Of a stretch of 64,000 nucleotides of DNA, positions 1 to 11,336 are shown piece by piece. This DNA is from Spizellomyces punctatus DAOM BR117 (taxonomy: Eukaryota), in assembly GCA_000182565.2 (NCBI GenBank), contig KQ257453.1, one strand, 5' to 3'. The notes beneath the pieces are model-generated. The model was not told where the DNA came from and did no database searches. It saw only the letters and a program-made list of their open reading frames with translations. Each line of letters opens with the position of its first letter. Within the stretch, counting starts at the first letter, position 1. The translations under genes and the position numbers were made by a program.

Positions 1-525
1 ACATTGTTCAAGTCGAGCAAATACAAACATACAATTTGAACTGGGGCATCGTGCATATAGTCTCGCAAGACGACATCCTCGAAGAGCTGCACGCTAGCAA
101 TACCAAAACCATTGGAACAGTCATTGGGGTTGTCGGCGCGGGTTGCGCTGTCGGGATTCTTTTCACATATTTCTTGTCAAAAGCGCTGTATATGATCACA
201 CGAGATTTGGTTCTCCTATCCGACTTCAAATTTAAAGACGTACTCCAAAAGGATTTGGATAAAGAGACTGGAATGCGTCGACCACAGTATAGTCGAATCG
301 CTGAGCTGTAAGTAGTGCGCCCTTACGCATCTCGTTTCTGTGAGCCCAAGTTAACAAACCTGTTCTGATCGTATGTGCAGATGGCAAATCCAGCGCGCGT
401 TTCACAAGATGGTGGTTACGTTTGCCGATGCCGTTGCTCAAAATAAGCGGTTCAACGCTGCTGAACAACGCCGTACAATGTCCATGTCTTCTGCGCAGCC
501 GGCGTCTCCCAGGAGTGAACTATGA
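1..525 (+). CDS. 3' end of a membrane sensor-like protein (end of Cache-like domain, TM helix, HAMP-like segment); partial
   Basis: ORF NWGIVHIVSQDDILEEL, then hydrophobic helix IGTVIGVVGAGCAVGILFTYFL, then ...SRIAEL. Intron 308-380 (gtaagt...tgcag) joins to WQIQRAFHKMVVTFADAVAQNKRF...SEL*, stop at 523-525. Confidence 0.55.
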
Positions 526-2508
526 GCGCGAGAGGGTAGCAGTTGTCTGCACGGGTTGAACCTTGGAATAACATTCCAGAGCAAATACATTACTCCCTTG
601 TTCCTGGCGAGAGTTCTGATTGCATGAGATACTCTCACCAGCTTGTACTAAAACTGAAGCTTTCAAGCTTGTAGATTAAAAAGGAGACGTTTTGGTTTCC
701 ACTTTGTTTCGTAAGAAAAGCTTTATAGTCCGTTGTGGAAGAAGTTTCTTTGGACCATCTTTCAACATGTTTGATACTTGCTAGCAATCTAGCAGTCTAA
801 AGGACCAATTGGCTGTCCTTGCAAGACATGGCGAAAGGTGCATCGTAGGTTAATTCCACGGTGCAGTTCATTTCCTTACTAAAGAAACCCGAACTCTCGC
901 ACACTATTTTGTCCTTCAAGTGTGGTTCAACACAAGTCCCATGGGAAGCATCGATTTTGCGATCGAGATTTTGTCCCGGTACGGTCCTGGCAATCATGTC
1001 CCTAGAGTCTCTAGATGAATCCCGTGTCTCGACGTCGACTTCCCGTCCAGATGGAGAGCCGACAAGTGGCATGCCGTAGCTTACGTCGTAGCGCCAGGAC
1101 CATTATCGCTCCCGCTCGCAAGGATGGCACCTTTGCTCAAAGTAGAGCTTTTCGGATTTTGGAACTCGCTGACACTAACAAAATGGAAAGGATTCTACAA
1201 CGACGGCTCCTATTGCCATTCTAGCTGATTCGCGAAATTCAATATTCGCGTTAGTTACGATAAAATGCTACAATGCTGGGGTAAAGGTAAAAGGGGAGTG
1301 TGATCGTTCTTCAGTGAAGCAATCATTGTGGTTCATAATTGATATACGCCTTCTCGAGTTGGACGGATCGGACTGCCTGTACTGCCAATGCTGGATGATA
1401 ACATTCTTTGGGATAACTTTTGTTTGGCTAGGTTCATACGTTCCCCATATGCGGACGCGCTTGCCAGAGGTAGAGTAGATGAACTCTGCCATCTCAAATT
1501 AATGTAATCATATGCAAACTTTGGGCTGTATTCGTTTGCGCCTGTAAGCTCATCAATACCGATCTCATCATAAAACAAACAAGACAAGAGCTCCCCACCC
1601 AAATGAACTTCTGGTGTGGAACCAGGGAAGGATGGCCCTAATAGTAGAGATAATCGCTGGATGTGTCAAGTTTAGTAATTGAAAATGGTACTTTTCCCAT
1701 TTGGTGATAACAAGCGAATGAGCCGGCTTCTCAATCTCTCTGGGAGCCTAGTCACATCGCGCGCAACGCACAATGCTGTTGAACTGCCTCGTATTCTTCT
1801 TTGCTAAAGACCTCATTCTTGCGCGGGACAAGAGGAACGAGTTCCTGATTGGACGGCAATAAAGAGACCTGCGAGTACTCGTCTTCCCAAGAACTGTTAC
1901 GACCTCAAAGGGCAATAGTTGGACATCCTGCCTGATGCACCGCTGCTGTCGAGACTTTCAGTAATGACCACAAAAAGGTAAGTTTTCCGTCCTTCTTTTT
2001 CACCATGGCCCTTGATATCTCCTACCCACGTTGTCCCTTGGTTCTGCCATAGCGCCGTGAGTCGTTTTTTCGCAATCTCCCACTTGCCAAAAGATATGAC
2101 ATCATGATTGGAATGCATTCGATGTCACATTATGGCTTTTGTTATAACTACGTTATAATCTGCTTTTGCACAGTGTGAAGGCGGTTAACATCGATGATAA
2201 GGAGCATCTTGAGGTTATCAGGATATCTCCTACAGGCCCTTCCCCAAGGCGTTGGGCCTCGCGCGTTCACCTGCTTTTCCACCTGGTTCCCTCGCCTTCT
2301 TGAACTTCCATCCAGCTTTTTCACTTTAACGATTCCGCAGTCTCATCCCTTGCTTTTTTCTGCCCTCAGCCCTCTGTCACCCGTGTACATACAACCGTCA
2401 AGGGTATCTATCTCGACCAACACTGGTGAGCACACGCAAAGATCGCTATGCTTGACTTGCTTATGAACCCTGTGTTCTTTTGCAGCATCAACCCCATTTG
2501 CAAAGAAA

Positions 2509-5500
2509 ATGGTCGCTCAGAGTAGCCAGAAGCCTCCTTTTCCAACGCAGAACGGCGCGGCGACGCAAGGACGTATAATTGTGGTCACCCACCATCTTCC
2601 GTGGACCTCTATCACCACAGCTGGTGTCAAGTCATCCCTTCGTCAGACGGGCGAACGACCGGCAAATGCAGCAAAGTTCACCGAGATATCTCCACGATCG
2701 AAATCTGGTAACTCCCCAAAGGAAAATGGGTGTAAACCTACGGTAGACACGGCTCCTGGGGGACGTTGGAAATTTCAGGAGCGCCGCGGTCATTCGGCAA
2801 TATTCGCTGGAATAAACTCTCTCAAAGATACGGAGAAGTTGATTCACATTGGATGGACCGGAACCACGTATGATGATGAATCGTATCCATTGGAATCCAA
2901 CAGCTTAACACCGGAGCTGCGACAAGCGTTGACAGACGAGCTTTGGGAAAGGAAAAGGTGTGTCCCCGTCATTTTAGACGACAAAAAGGCAGCCGGGCAC
3001 TACGAAGGCTATTGTAAAACAGGTAGGATGAGAAAGCTGGTATTCTGCTGCCCATCAGCGACCTAACGTGTCCTTTTAGATTTGTGGCCTTTGTTCCACT
3101 ACATGTTGTGGGATTTTGCCCTGGACGCGGCTGAGCATGATCCAATTTCATGGGTCGACTACCACGATGTGAACCAACAATTCGCCGATGCTATACTGAA
3201 AGTGTATCAACCAGGCGATCTGAGTAAGTGCGCAGAGATCACGTTCGTAGAGATTTGGAACTTATATTTTTGTGATCAGTATGGATCCACGACTATCACC
3301 TCTTGCTGGTGCCATCGATGGTACGGCAAGAATTGCCTGATGCTACTATTGGCTTTTTCCTGCATACTCCGTTCCCTAGTTCTGAACTGTTCCGATGTCT
3401 GCCAAGTGAGTTTTTCGTATGCTTGTTTTCCCGTGGTAGAGTGCTGTTGACAGATTGGTGGAATGTAGGACGAAAAGAGATTCTTCAGGGCGTGCTAGGA
3501 TCTAGTATGATTGGCTTCCAAACATACTCCTATGCTAGGCACTTCCTTAGCAGCTGCACCCGAGTACTGGGACTAGAGTCCTCACCGAAAGGCGTGGATT
3601 ACAAGGGTTCGTTAGTGGCTATCAACATCTTTCCTATTGGGATTGACGCTGTAAAACTCCAAGAGCGCAGGTATTGTCCTTGTTGATGAGTTGGATTTGC
3701 ATGTGACAGCTAGTGACTGCGCTGGGCTCTTCAACAGGAAACAACAGAATGTCTTGGATAAGATGGCTGCTATAAAAGAACTATATTCTGGAAAAAAAAT
3801 TATCATTGGACGTGATAAGCTCGATCACGTCAAAGGTGTCCAGCACAAACTCAACGCCTTTCAAAAGTTTCTTACCACCTTTCCCGAATGGCAGAACAAG
3901 GTTACCATCATTAAGTCTTTCTTGTATCGGCAATGGTCCCTAACTCCCCGGTGATTAGGTGGTGCTGATCCAGGTGACATCTCCTGCTGAACGGGAATCG
4001 CACAAACTGGAATCGAAGGTTTCTGAACTTGTGTCCCGCATCAATGGAAACTTTGGATCACTCGAATTTGCTCCTGTACATCATTACCACCAACACTTGG
4101 ATCAGGATGATTACTACGCTCTTTTGAGCATTGCCGACCTTGGATTGATTACATCGGTTCGAGACGGGATGAACACGTCCTCCCACGAATTTGTCGTGTG
4201 CCAACAGGAGAACCGAAGTCCGCTGATCCTTAGCGAGTTCACCGGGACCGCAGGGTCTCTTAGTGCAGCAGCGCTCGTTAATCCTTGGGATTATCAGGTG
4301 AGATGAGTTTCATTACGCGGATGGGGCTTTGGACGTCCATCCTCACCTGGCTACCATAGGGGGTCGCAAACGCTATCAATGAAGGCTTACTGATGTCCCG
4401 AGAAGAAAAGGCTATCAAGCACCAGGTACATGATTTGCATGCCAGGCGAATGAAACTTAACTATTATGCCTAATCTTCGAGTTTTAGCAATTGTTTGATC
4501 ACGTCACCAGTAATACCGCCGAATTCTGGGGACAATCCTTCATTAAAGAGCTGCGAAAAGCTGCCCAATCTCGCACAGCAACCAACCCAACTCCTGCCCT
4601 GGACTTTGCACTCATGCTGGATAGATACAGACAGGCATCAAAGCGCCTACTAATGTTTGACTACGATGTAAGTTATGTCCAGTCTCGCGCCCCCAAGATA
4701 GTATATGAACATCCAAATTGGCTGCTTATTTTGTAGGGCACATTGACTCCCATTACCAAAACACCGGGTGCCGCGCTCCCACCCCCTGAAATGTTGAAAG
4801 CCATGCAAATCCTGGCAAATGATCCTCGTAATGTGGTCTTTGTAATCTCTGGCCGCGATGACGATTGTCTAGATCGATGGCTGGGCGAAGTCAAAGGGCT
4901 TGGCTTGAGGTACGCTTCTTGTATTGGTAAATTTACCCCGTCCATGTGGATTTTAACATGACGTTAAGTGCCGAGCATGGTTGCTTTATCAAATATCCGG
5001 ATCACAAAGGCACAGGAAAGTGGATCAATCTTTCAGAAGACGTGGACTTCTCATGGAAGAATGAAGTCACGGAAATTTTCAACTACTACACTGAGCGAAC
5101 GCAAGGTATGACTGAGGATGTGCGCAGTCCATGATGTGACGATGATACTCATCATATGTCCAGGGTCTTTTGTTGAGCACAAACGATGCTCCATCACATG
5201 GCATTACCGTCTGGCAGATCCGGAATACGGGTATGAATTTGTCCTGTTTCTCTTGAGCTCGAGCTGTCACAGGCGCCGTCGACTAAGTACTTTTGTTCCA
5301 GACATTTCCAAGCCAACGAATGTCAAAACCACCTCGAAAATGCCATCTTGTCCAAGTTGCCGGTAGAAATCCTTATTGGCAAGAAAAATCTAGAGGTGCG
5401 TCTCCGATCGGGCTACAAATCCAATAGTGATGATTGACCGGATTTTGCAAAAGGTTCGGCCCGTGTCGATTAACAAGGGAGAGATTGTGAAGCGCCTTCT

Positions 5501-5732
5501 ATCTCAAAACCCGGATGTAGAGTTTGTGTTTTGCGCTGGGGACGATAGGACCGACGAGGATATGTTCAAAATGGTGCGGAGGAGCGCCCTCCCTGACCAC
5601 GTCCAGTGCAACTGCACGATAGGAAATGCCACGAAAAAGACGCACGCCCAGTGGCACGTTCCAGCGCCTGAAGATCTTATCCGCCTGATTGGCGAATTTG
5701 CAAAAGAGTCCACTGTACATAGTTCGTTGTAG
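2509..5732 (+). CDS. TPS2: Trehalose-6-phosphate synthase/phosphatase (GT20 + HAD phosphatase), multi-exon
   Basis: Motifs WPLFHY, GFFLHTPFPSSELFRCLP, GRDKLDHVKG, RDGMN, LSEFTG, spliced HAD motif FDYD/GTL, SAEHG, GDDRTDEDMF. Probable 5'UTR intron at about 2427-2485. Confidence 0.93.
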
Positions 5733-5937
5733 ACTTTTCTCCATTTCTGGTAAGGTCGCTTTCCGTATATTTTATCACGAAAAATGGTGTAGATGCGGCG
5801 TTGACACTGTGATAGGTAGATGACGGTTGTTTGGATTCTAGAGGCGAATCTTATATATTCATACCAATCTTGTTATAAATCTGAATATCAGAGAATTGTC
5901 ATGTATATATTGTTTGGCTAGACATCCCATTCCGTCA

Positions 5938-6828
5938 TCAGGCTAGTTGCTCGGAACAAAATTCGGTTAGAGATTTTGTCCCTCTAACAAGTAAGATATC
6001 GTCTCCGTGAACAAGATTGATCCTTCTATCTCCCAAAATCTTGGCGGTTTCAATCCACGCTTGCAGCGTCACCTCACTCCAATTAAGCTGCTTTCCGAGG
6101 TTTCGAATCCCCTGTTCACCAATGTACTCAACACTGACATCTCTCTTCAGAATCCTGGCAGCAGCATTGGCAACCTCTTGCGGAGCATACTCATCAGGCC
6201 CAACTACTTGCACGACTTTGATGCCCTTGTCCACTTGTTCTTTTACCATCCAGTCACCAATGACATGAGCAATGTCACTTGCTGCTACCATGGCCAGTTT
6301 GTCTCCCACGTTTGGAACTGTACTTGTTAGGATGTTTTGACCATCCTTGACAGCAGCCAACGAGAGAGCCCAGTTCTCCATAAAATAAGCGGCGCGAATA
6401 ATGATGGTTTCGCACTCTAACTCTTTCTGGAGGATGCGCTCTATAATGTGGCAAGTCCGGAGGAATCCTGAACCGCTCGCTAGCTCGGCACCCAGCGTGC
6501 TGAGAAAAATGACTCTTTTAACGTTGCCTGCTGACCGCACTGCCTGGACAAAACTGTTGGCGGTCCTTCCTGCTTCGGTGAAAATGTCACGGGAAAAGTC
6601 TTCAGGATGTAAAAAGAAAACTGTGGAAGGAGAATCATGAGAGAACCCTGCCGAGAGATCACTTGGGTTGTTTATATCTGCAATGGAAGTTGTGCATCCT
6701 TCCTTTTCGAGACCCGGCGCCTTGCTGGCTGAATGGACAATGCAGTGAGTGCGGAGATTGTGAGACCGAAGGTAAGAGACAAGATGAGTGCCAACGTTGC
6801 CCGTGGAGCCTGTAACGATGTAAATCAT
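5938..6828 (-). CDS. NmrA-like / atypical SDR NAD(P)-binding protein, intronless
   Basis: 296-aa single ORF with N-terminal Rossmann motif IVTGSTGNVG, plus IIRAAYFMENW and MVAASDIA. Confidence 0.85.
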   Translation of the reverse strand: MIYIVTGSTGNVGTHLVSYLRSHNLRTHCIVHSASKAPGLEKEGCTTSIADINNPSDLSAGFSHDSPSTVFFLHPEDFSRDIFTEAGRTANSFVQAVRSAGNVKRVIFLSTLGAELASGSGFLRTCHIIERILQKELECETIIIRAAYFMENWALSLAAVKDGQNILTSTVPNVGDKLAMVAASDIAHVIGDWMVKEQVDKGIKVVQVVGPDEYAPQEVANAAARILKRDVSVEYIGEQGIRNLGKQLNWSEVTLQAWIETAKILGDRRINLVHGDDILLVRGTKSLTEFCSEQLA

Positions 6829-7175
6829 TGTGATGGAGGATGTGAATGTAGAAACCCATTTCTGTCGAGGACACTAAAAAGCAGGACAGCGCCATTTGTG
6901 GGGAAGGTTTTGGAGCGCGGTTGATGACCTCACGCGTCAGAACAACTGTCGCCTGCATTTCACAGCAACAGATACCATTCCAACGATTTTATATTACAAA
7001 AGAAAAACATAAAGTGAAGACGACGACATTAAAATATGGGGACGACAACCATCACACGTTGCCATCCCCCAAACGGAATCGATGCACCCGGGCTCCCTAG
7101 CCATCTAACCAAAGCTCCAACCCATTCATCCTCTATGGTGCAAGATATGAATTGGCAAATTTGTGATGTGGCTCA

Positions 7176-9522
7176 TCAATTTGAATGGCTCCAAGCTCCA
7201 TCTAAAATGAGAGAAAAAATCATCGATGAGAGATTGACACCTTGAAAACCGCCGCCGAGAAAGTCCAGCTTACCTCGTGCAAAGCTTTGCCAGCGGGGAC
7301 CATAGGGTATACATGCTCATGCTTGCAAACAATGGCGTCCAGGATAACAGGCTCATCCGTCTCCAGAAACTCTTGCATCGCATTTGGTAGCTCGTCCATA
7401 GTACGTGCACGAATACCCTTGCAGCCCATAGACTCAGCAAACTTGACAAAGTCAGGGTTACGCATCACAGTGCCCGAGTATCGCTTGTCGTAGAAGAGAT
7501 CTTGCCATTGTTTTACCTTTATACAAGAAAATGACGGACATTAATTATATGTCGACTTTGAGGATGAAACGGCATCGTGCTCTGATCCTTACCATTCCCT
7601 GGAAGTCATTGTTCAGGATCAAGACCTTGACACCAATGTTAAACTGCCTTGCCGTCATCATTTCCATTCCCGTCATTGAGAAGGAAGCATCGCCATCAAT
7701 ATCCACGACAATTTTTTCCGGGAATGCCACTTTGGCACCAATGGCAGAGGGGAGACCGAAGCCCATAGTTCCGAGACCACCGGACGTTACAAATGTACGT
7801 GGTGATCTCCAGCGGTAGTACTGGGCGGCCCACATTTGGTGTTGACCGACGCCAGTAGTGATAATCACATTTTCCTTCATGTGGGCCACCTGTCGATTCA
7901 GCTCCTCGATAACAGCTTGTGGTTTCATAGCGGTGCCAGGGACTGATGGAGTATACGAGAATGGGTATTTTCTCTTCCATGTCGCCAATTGATCGAACCA
8001 CGCGTCCCGCTGTCGGTGTTTAACGTGGTCCAAAAGACGGCGCACATTCGCCGACACGTCACCTTCAATCGCCAAGGTAGCTTCCACCACTTTATTGATG
8101 TTTTTGGGCATGATCTCAAAGTGGTAAATACCCCCCTTTCCTTTCAAAGCTGCCTGTTTTGCCGCAGGGGCAAATTCTGGTGCGAAGAGTTGATTTAGTA
8201 CAAGTGGGGTTGCATCACGAATGAAGCACCACTTACTTTTCAGATTTCCGGTGACACGATCATCGAATCTGGCACCAAGAGCAACGATAACGTCGGCTGT
8301 TTGCATCGCGAGATTGGCATACGCTGCACCGTGCATTCCAAGCATGTGCAAACTCCGTGGGTCCTCTTCATCAAATGCTCCCAATCCTTGAAGCGTAGTA
8401 GTGACAGGTACGTTTGCCTTCTCCACCAACTCGCGCAAAATTTTCGGGCCCTCTGGTGTAGCAAGCATGCCCTGCCCCACATACAAGAGAGGCTTCTCGG
8501 CACGGTTGAGAGCCTTGGCAACAGCGGCAATGTTTTCGAGGGTAACAGGAGAAGGCTCTGAACTAGCCGTCAAGGGTTTTCGCCCAGGAATAGACGGGCC
8601 GAAGCCGCCAACGATAGGCTTCGTAAGTGTGCCAGCAGTCACGTCCTTGGGCAAGTCCACCAAGACCGGTCCCGGACGACCGGACGTTGCGATCTCGAAT
8701 GCTTCATTGATACGGCGTGGCAGTTCAGCAATGTCCTTCACCATTACATTCCATTTTGTACAAGATCTGCTGATACCGACAACGTCAGCCTCCTGGAAGG
8801 CGTCAGTCCCAATGGCTGAGGTTGGGACCTGCCCACAGAATACCACCATAGGAGTGCCGTCTGAGAGAGCGTCCTGCATAGGTGTGACAACGTTTGTGGC
8901 CCCCGGTCCCGATGTCACCAGAACAACACCTGGCTTTCCGCTGATTGCATGGAAGGAACATTGTTACGACTGCAGGAGATATCCAATGCATCTCTCATTC
9001 TACTTACGTTACACGAGCATATCCCTCGGCCATGTGTCCAGCTCCTTGTTCATGTCTTGGCAGGACAAAATCAAAGTAATCGCTGTTATAAATGGCATCA
9101 TATACAGGCAGGATTGCTCCACCCGGGTAACCGAAGACAGTTTTCACTCCTTGTCTCAGCATCATCTCGTGGAAGATCTCGCCACCCGTCATGCCAACAA
9201 AAGTGGAGTCGACCACAGGGTCATTTCTTGCCGCCGTTTGGGCAGGTGCTGCTCTTGTCGGGGATGGGATGGACGTTTGCTGTTTCTTCAATGGCTGGAG
9301 GGGCTCAGGGCTTGCCTTTTGCGTTTGAGCTGTGAAAGCTGTTGCCTCGCTTTGACGACGGCTTAAAGTTCGATAGACATTGAGCACCATCCACTTTCAC
9401 AAAAACAGACCTGAACAAAGAACATACCTGGCCACAGAGCCTTGGAATCGCCGCTGCTTGGAAGCGCAAACAGCCGAGTTTGTCGCATAGCGTGAGCACC
9501 GACGTGTCGCTGTGGAGAACAT
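7176..9522 (-). CDS. ILV2: Acetolactate synthase catalytic subunit, mitochondrial precursor, multi-exon
   Basis: Presequence-like MFSTATRRCSRY..., then FGYPGGAILPVYD, RHEQGAGHMAEGYA, TSGPGATN, GVGQHQMWAAQ, ThDP motif DGDASFSMT...NN and HVYPMVPAG. Last exon MELGAIQI*. Confidence 0.95.
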
Positions 9523-9821
9523 GCTGGTGCAGAGGGATACGGGGCGGATGCAAATGGAGGAACCTTCTTTGTACACAATCGTCTCTCCTCCCAAACGATG
9601 GGTTAAAGTGATCTGATTGGCAAGAAAACGGCTTGAAAGAAACAAGTCGACGATGAAAATCAATTCTGAGATTTCATTTCTCGTTTTGAACGCGGCACAG
9701 CACTTGAAAACCATCAGAACCAATCAATTGCGTCCTGATTCGAGTGCGTCATCTCTTGAGCCTTTTCTTGTTTGTTCATCATCTGCAAAATCATTTCGTA
9801 TTGTTTAGAACAAAAGCAGAT
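9523..9821. promoter_or_regulatory. Putative bidirectional promoter shared by ILV2 and LEU2
   Basis: About 300 bp between divergent start codons, with oppositely oriented CCAAT boxes (ctgattgg at 9613-9620, ccaatca at 9720-9726) and TGCGTCA at 9745-9751. Confidence 0.55.
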
Positions 9822-11185
9822 ATGTCGACGAACCAGACCACCATTGTCTTGCTTCCGGGGGACGGAATAGGACCCGAAATTGTTGCGGAAGCGCGAAGGG
9901 TCTTGGAGATTGTTGCTGAACTTCGCGGGAAGGCGACCGGTTTGTCATTCCAGTTCAAAGAGGAACTCATTGGAGGAAGCGCCATTGATGCAACAGGTGA
10001 GGGAGGACTGGATCATGTGGGATCTTTTGCGCTGACAGAGAACATCGTGATTGTTGAAATGACCGCATTTCCTTTGTGTCTCGTAGGCTCACCCCTGCCA
10101 GATCAGACGCTGGCTTCCTGTAAGGCCGCTTCTGCGGTTCTTTTGGGTGCTGTAGGAGGTCCTCAATGGCCGCGCCCCGCCACTGCAGAAAATCCCAACC
10201 CACCGCGGCCCGAAGCCGGTCTGTTAAAGTTGCGAAAAGAGCTTGACCTTTACGCAAACATTCGACCTTGCATCTTCCCTGGAAAATCGCTGCTCAAGCA
10301 TTCGCCTTTAAAAGAGGAAGTGGTCCAAGGCTGCAACTTTACCGTTGTCAGAGAGTTGACCGGTGGAATCTATTTCGGACGAAGACAAGAGGAGACTGAC
10401 GGTGTTGGTAGGTGACCCAGCAAGTGCCCTATAATGCTGCAGTCCCTGATCGCACATACTCAACAGCATGGGACACGATGGAATACTCTGTGGCGGAAAT
10501 TCAGCGTATCACCCGCATTGCAGCTTCTCTTTCCCTCCTCCATGATCCGCCACTCCCTATTACCTCCATTGACAAAGCAAATGTCCTGGCCACCTCCCGT
10601 CTATGGCGTAAGGTGGTGACGGAAACTTTGTCCAAGGAATACCCAACCATTCCCCTTTCTCACAACCTTGTGGACTCTGCGGCGATGCTTCTCGTGAAAG
10701 ACCCACGAAAGTTGAATGGTGTTGTCTTGACAGAAAATATGTTTGGTGACATTTTGTCAGATGAAGCTAGTGTCATTCCTGGAAGTTTGGGCTTGTTGCC
10801 AAGTGCGTCCTTGAGTGGTTGGGGTAACAAGAGCGTAGGTCTCTACGAGCCGATCCACGGAAGTGCCCCAGATATTGCCGGACTTGGTGTGTGCGCTATT
10901 TCACTGATTCATTCAGCGGTTTGATCGCAAATGAAATAACCAATTGCTCTTTCTTTGATAGGTATTGCGAATCCCATTGGCACGATCCTCTCGGCTGCTC
11001 TCCTCCTGCAATATTCTCTAGGTTTGGACAGGGAAGCACAAGCGATCGAAGCTGCAGTTGCCAGAGTGCTGGACGAGAGTGGATTGCGGACGAAAGACCT
11101 TGGCGGGAATGTAGGCACACGGGAAATGGGAGATGCAGTTGCTGCAGCATTAAGGGAAGAATTAGAGAAGCTTAACCGCGCGTAA
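9822..11185 (+). CDS. LEU2: 3-isopropylmalate dehydrogenase, multi-exon
   Basis: [90 protein letters not shown]. Confidence 0.97.
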
Positions 11186-11336
11186 AGGATCCCTACAAGT
11201 GTAAAACCATTCCCCGATATTAAGCTATCACTGTCTCTTTACTTCACGGCGTAAGCAAAATATACACTATTATTCACATGCAAGTTGAATCTACCATACA
11301 TTTCTCTCCTGATGTACCCCTAGAAACAGTAGAGCC

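Noticed and set aside
797-2466. Several short ORFs on both strands between the first gene and TPS2
   Set aside because: No recognisable motifs, and I could not build a consistent spliced model; treated as intergenic or promoter sequence.
8401-9366. 321-aa plus-strand ORF
   Set aside because: Antisense shadow of ILV2.
9997-10086. Apparent 30-aa insertion in LEU2, with similar cases in ILV2 and other genes
   Set aside because: It is a stop-free 90-nt GT-AG intron that the ORF track reads through, not a protein insertion.
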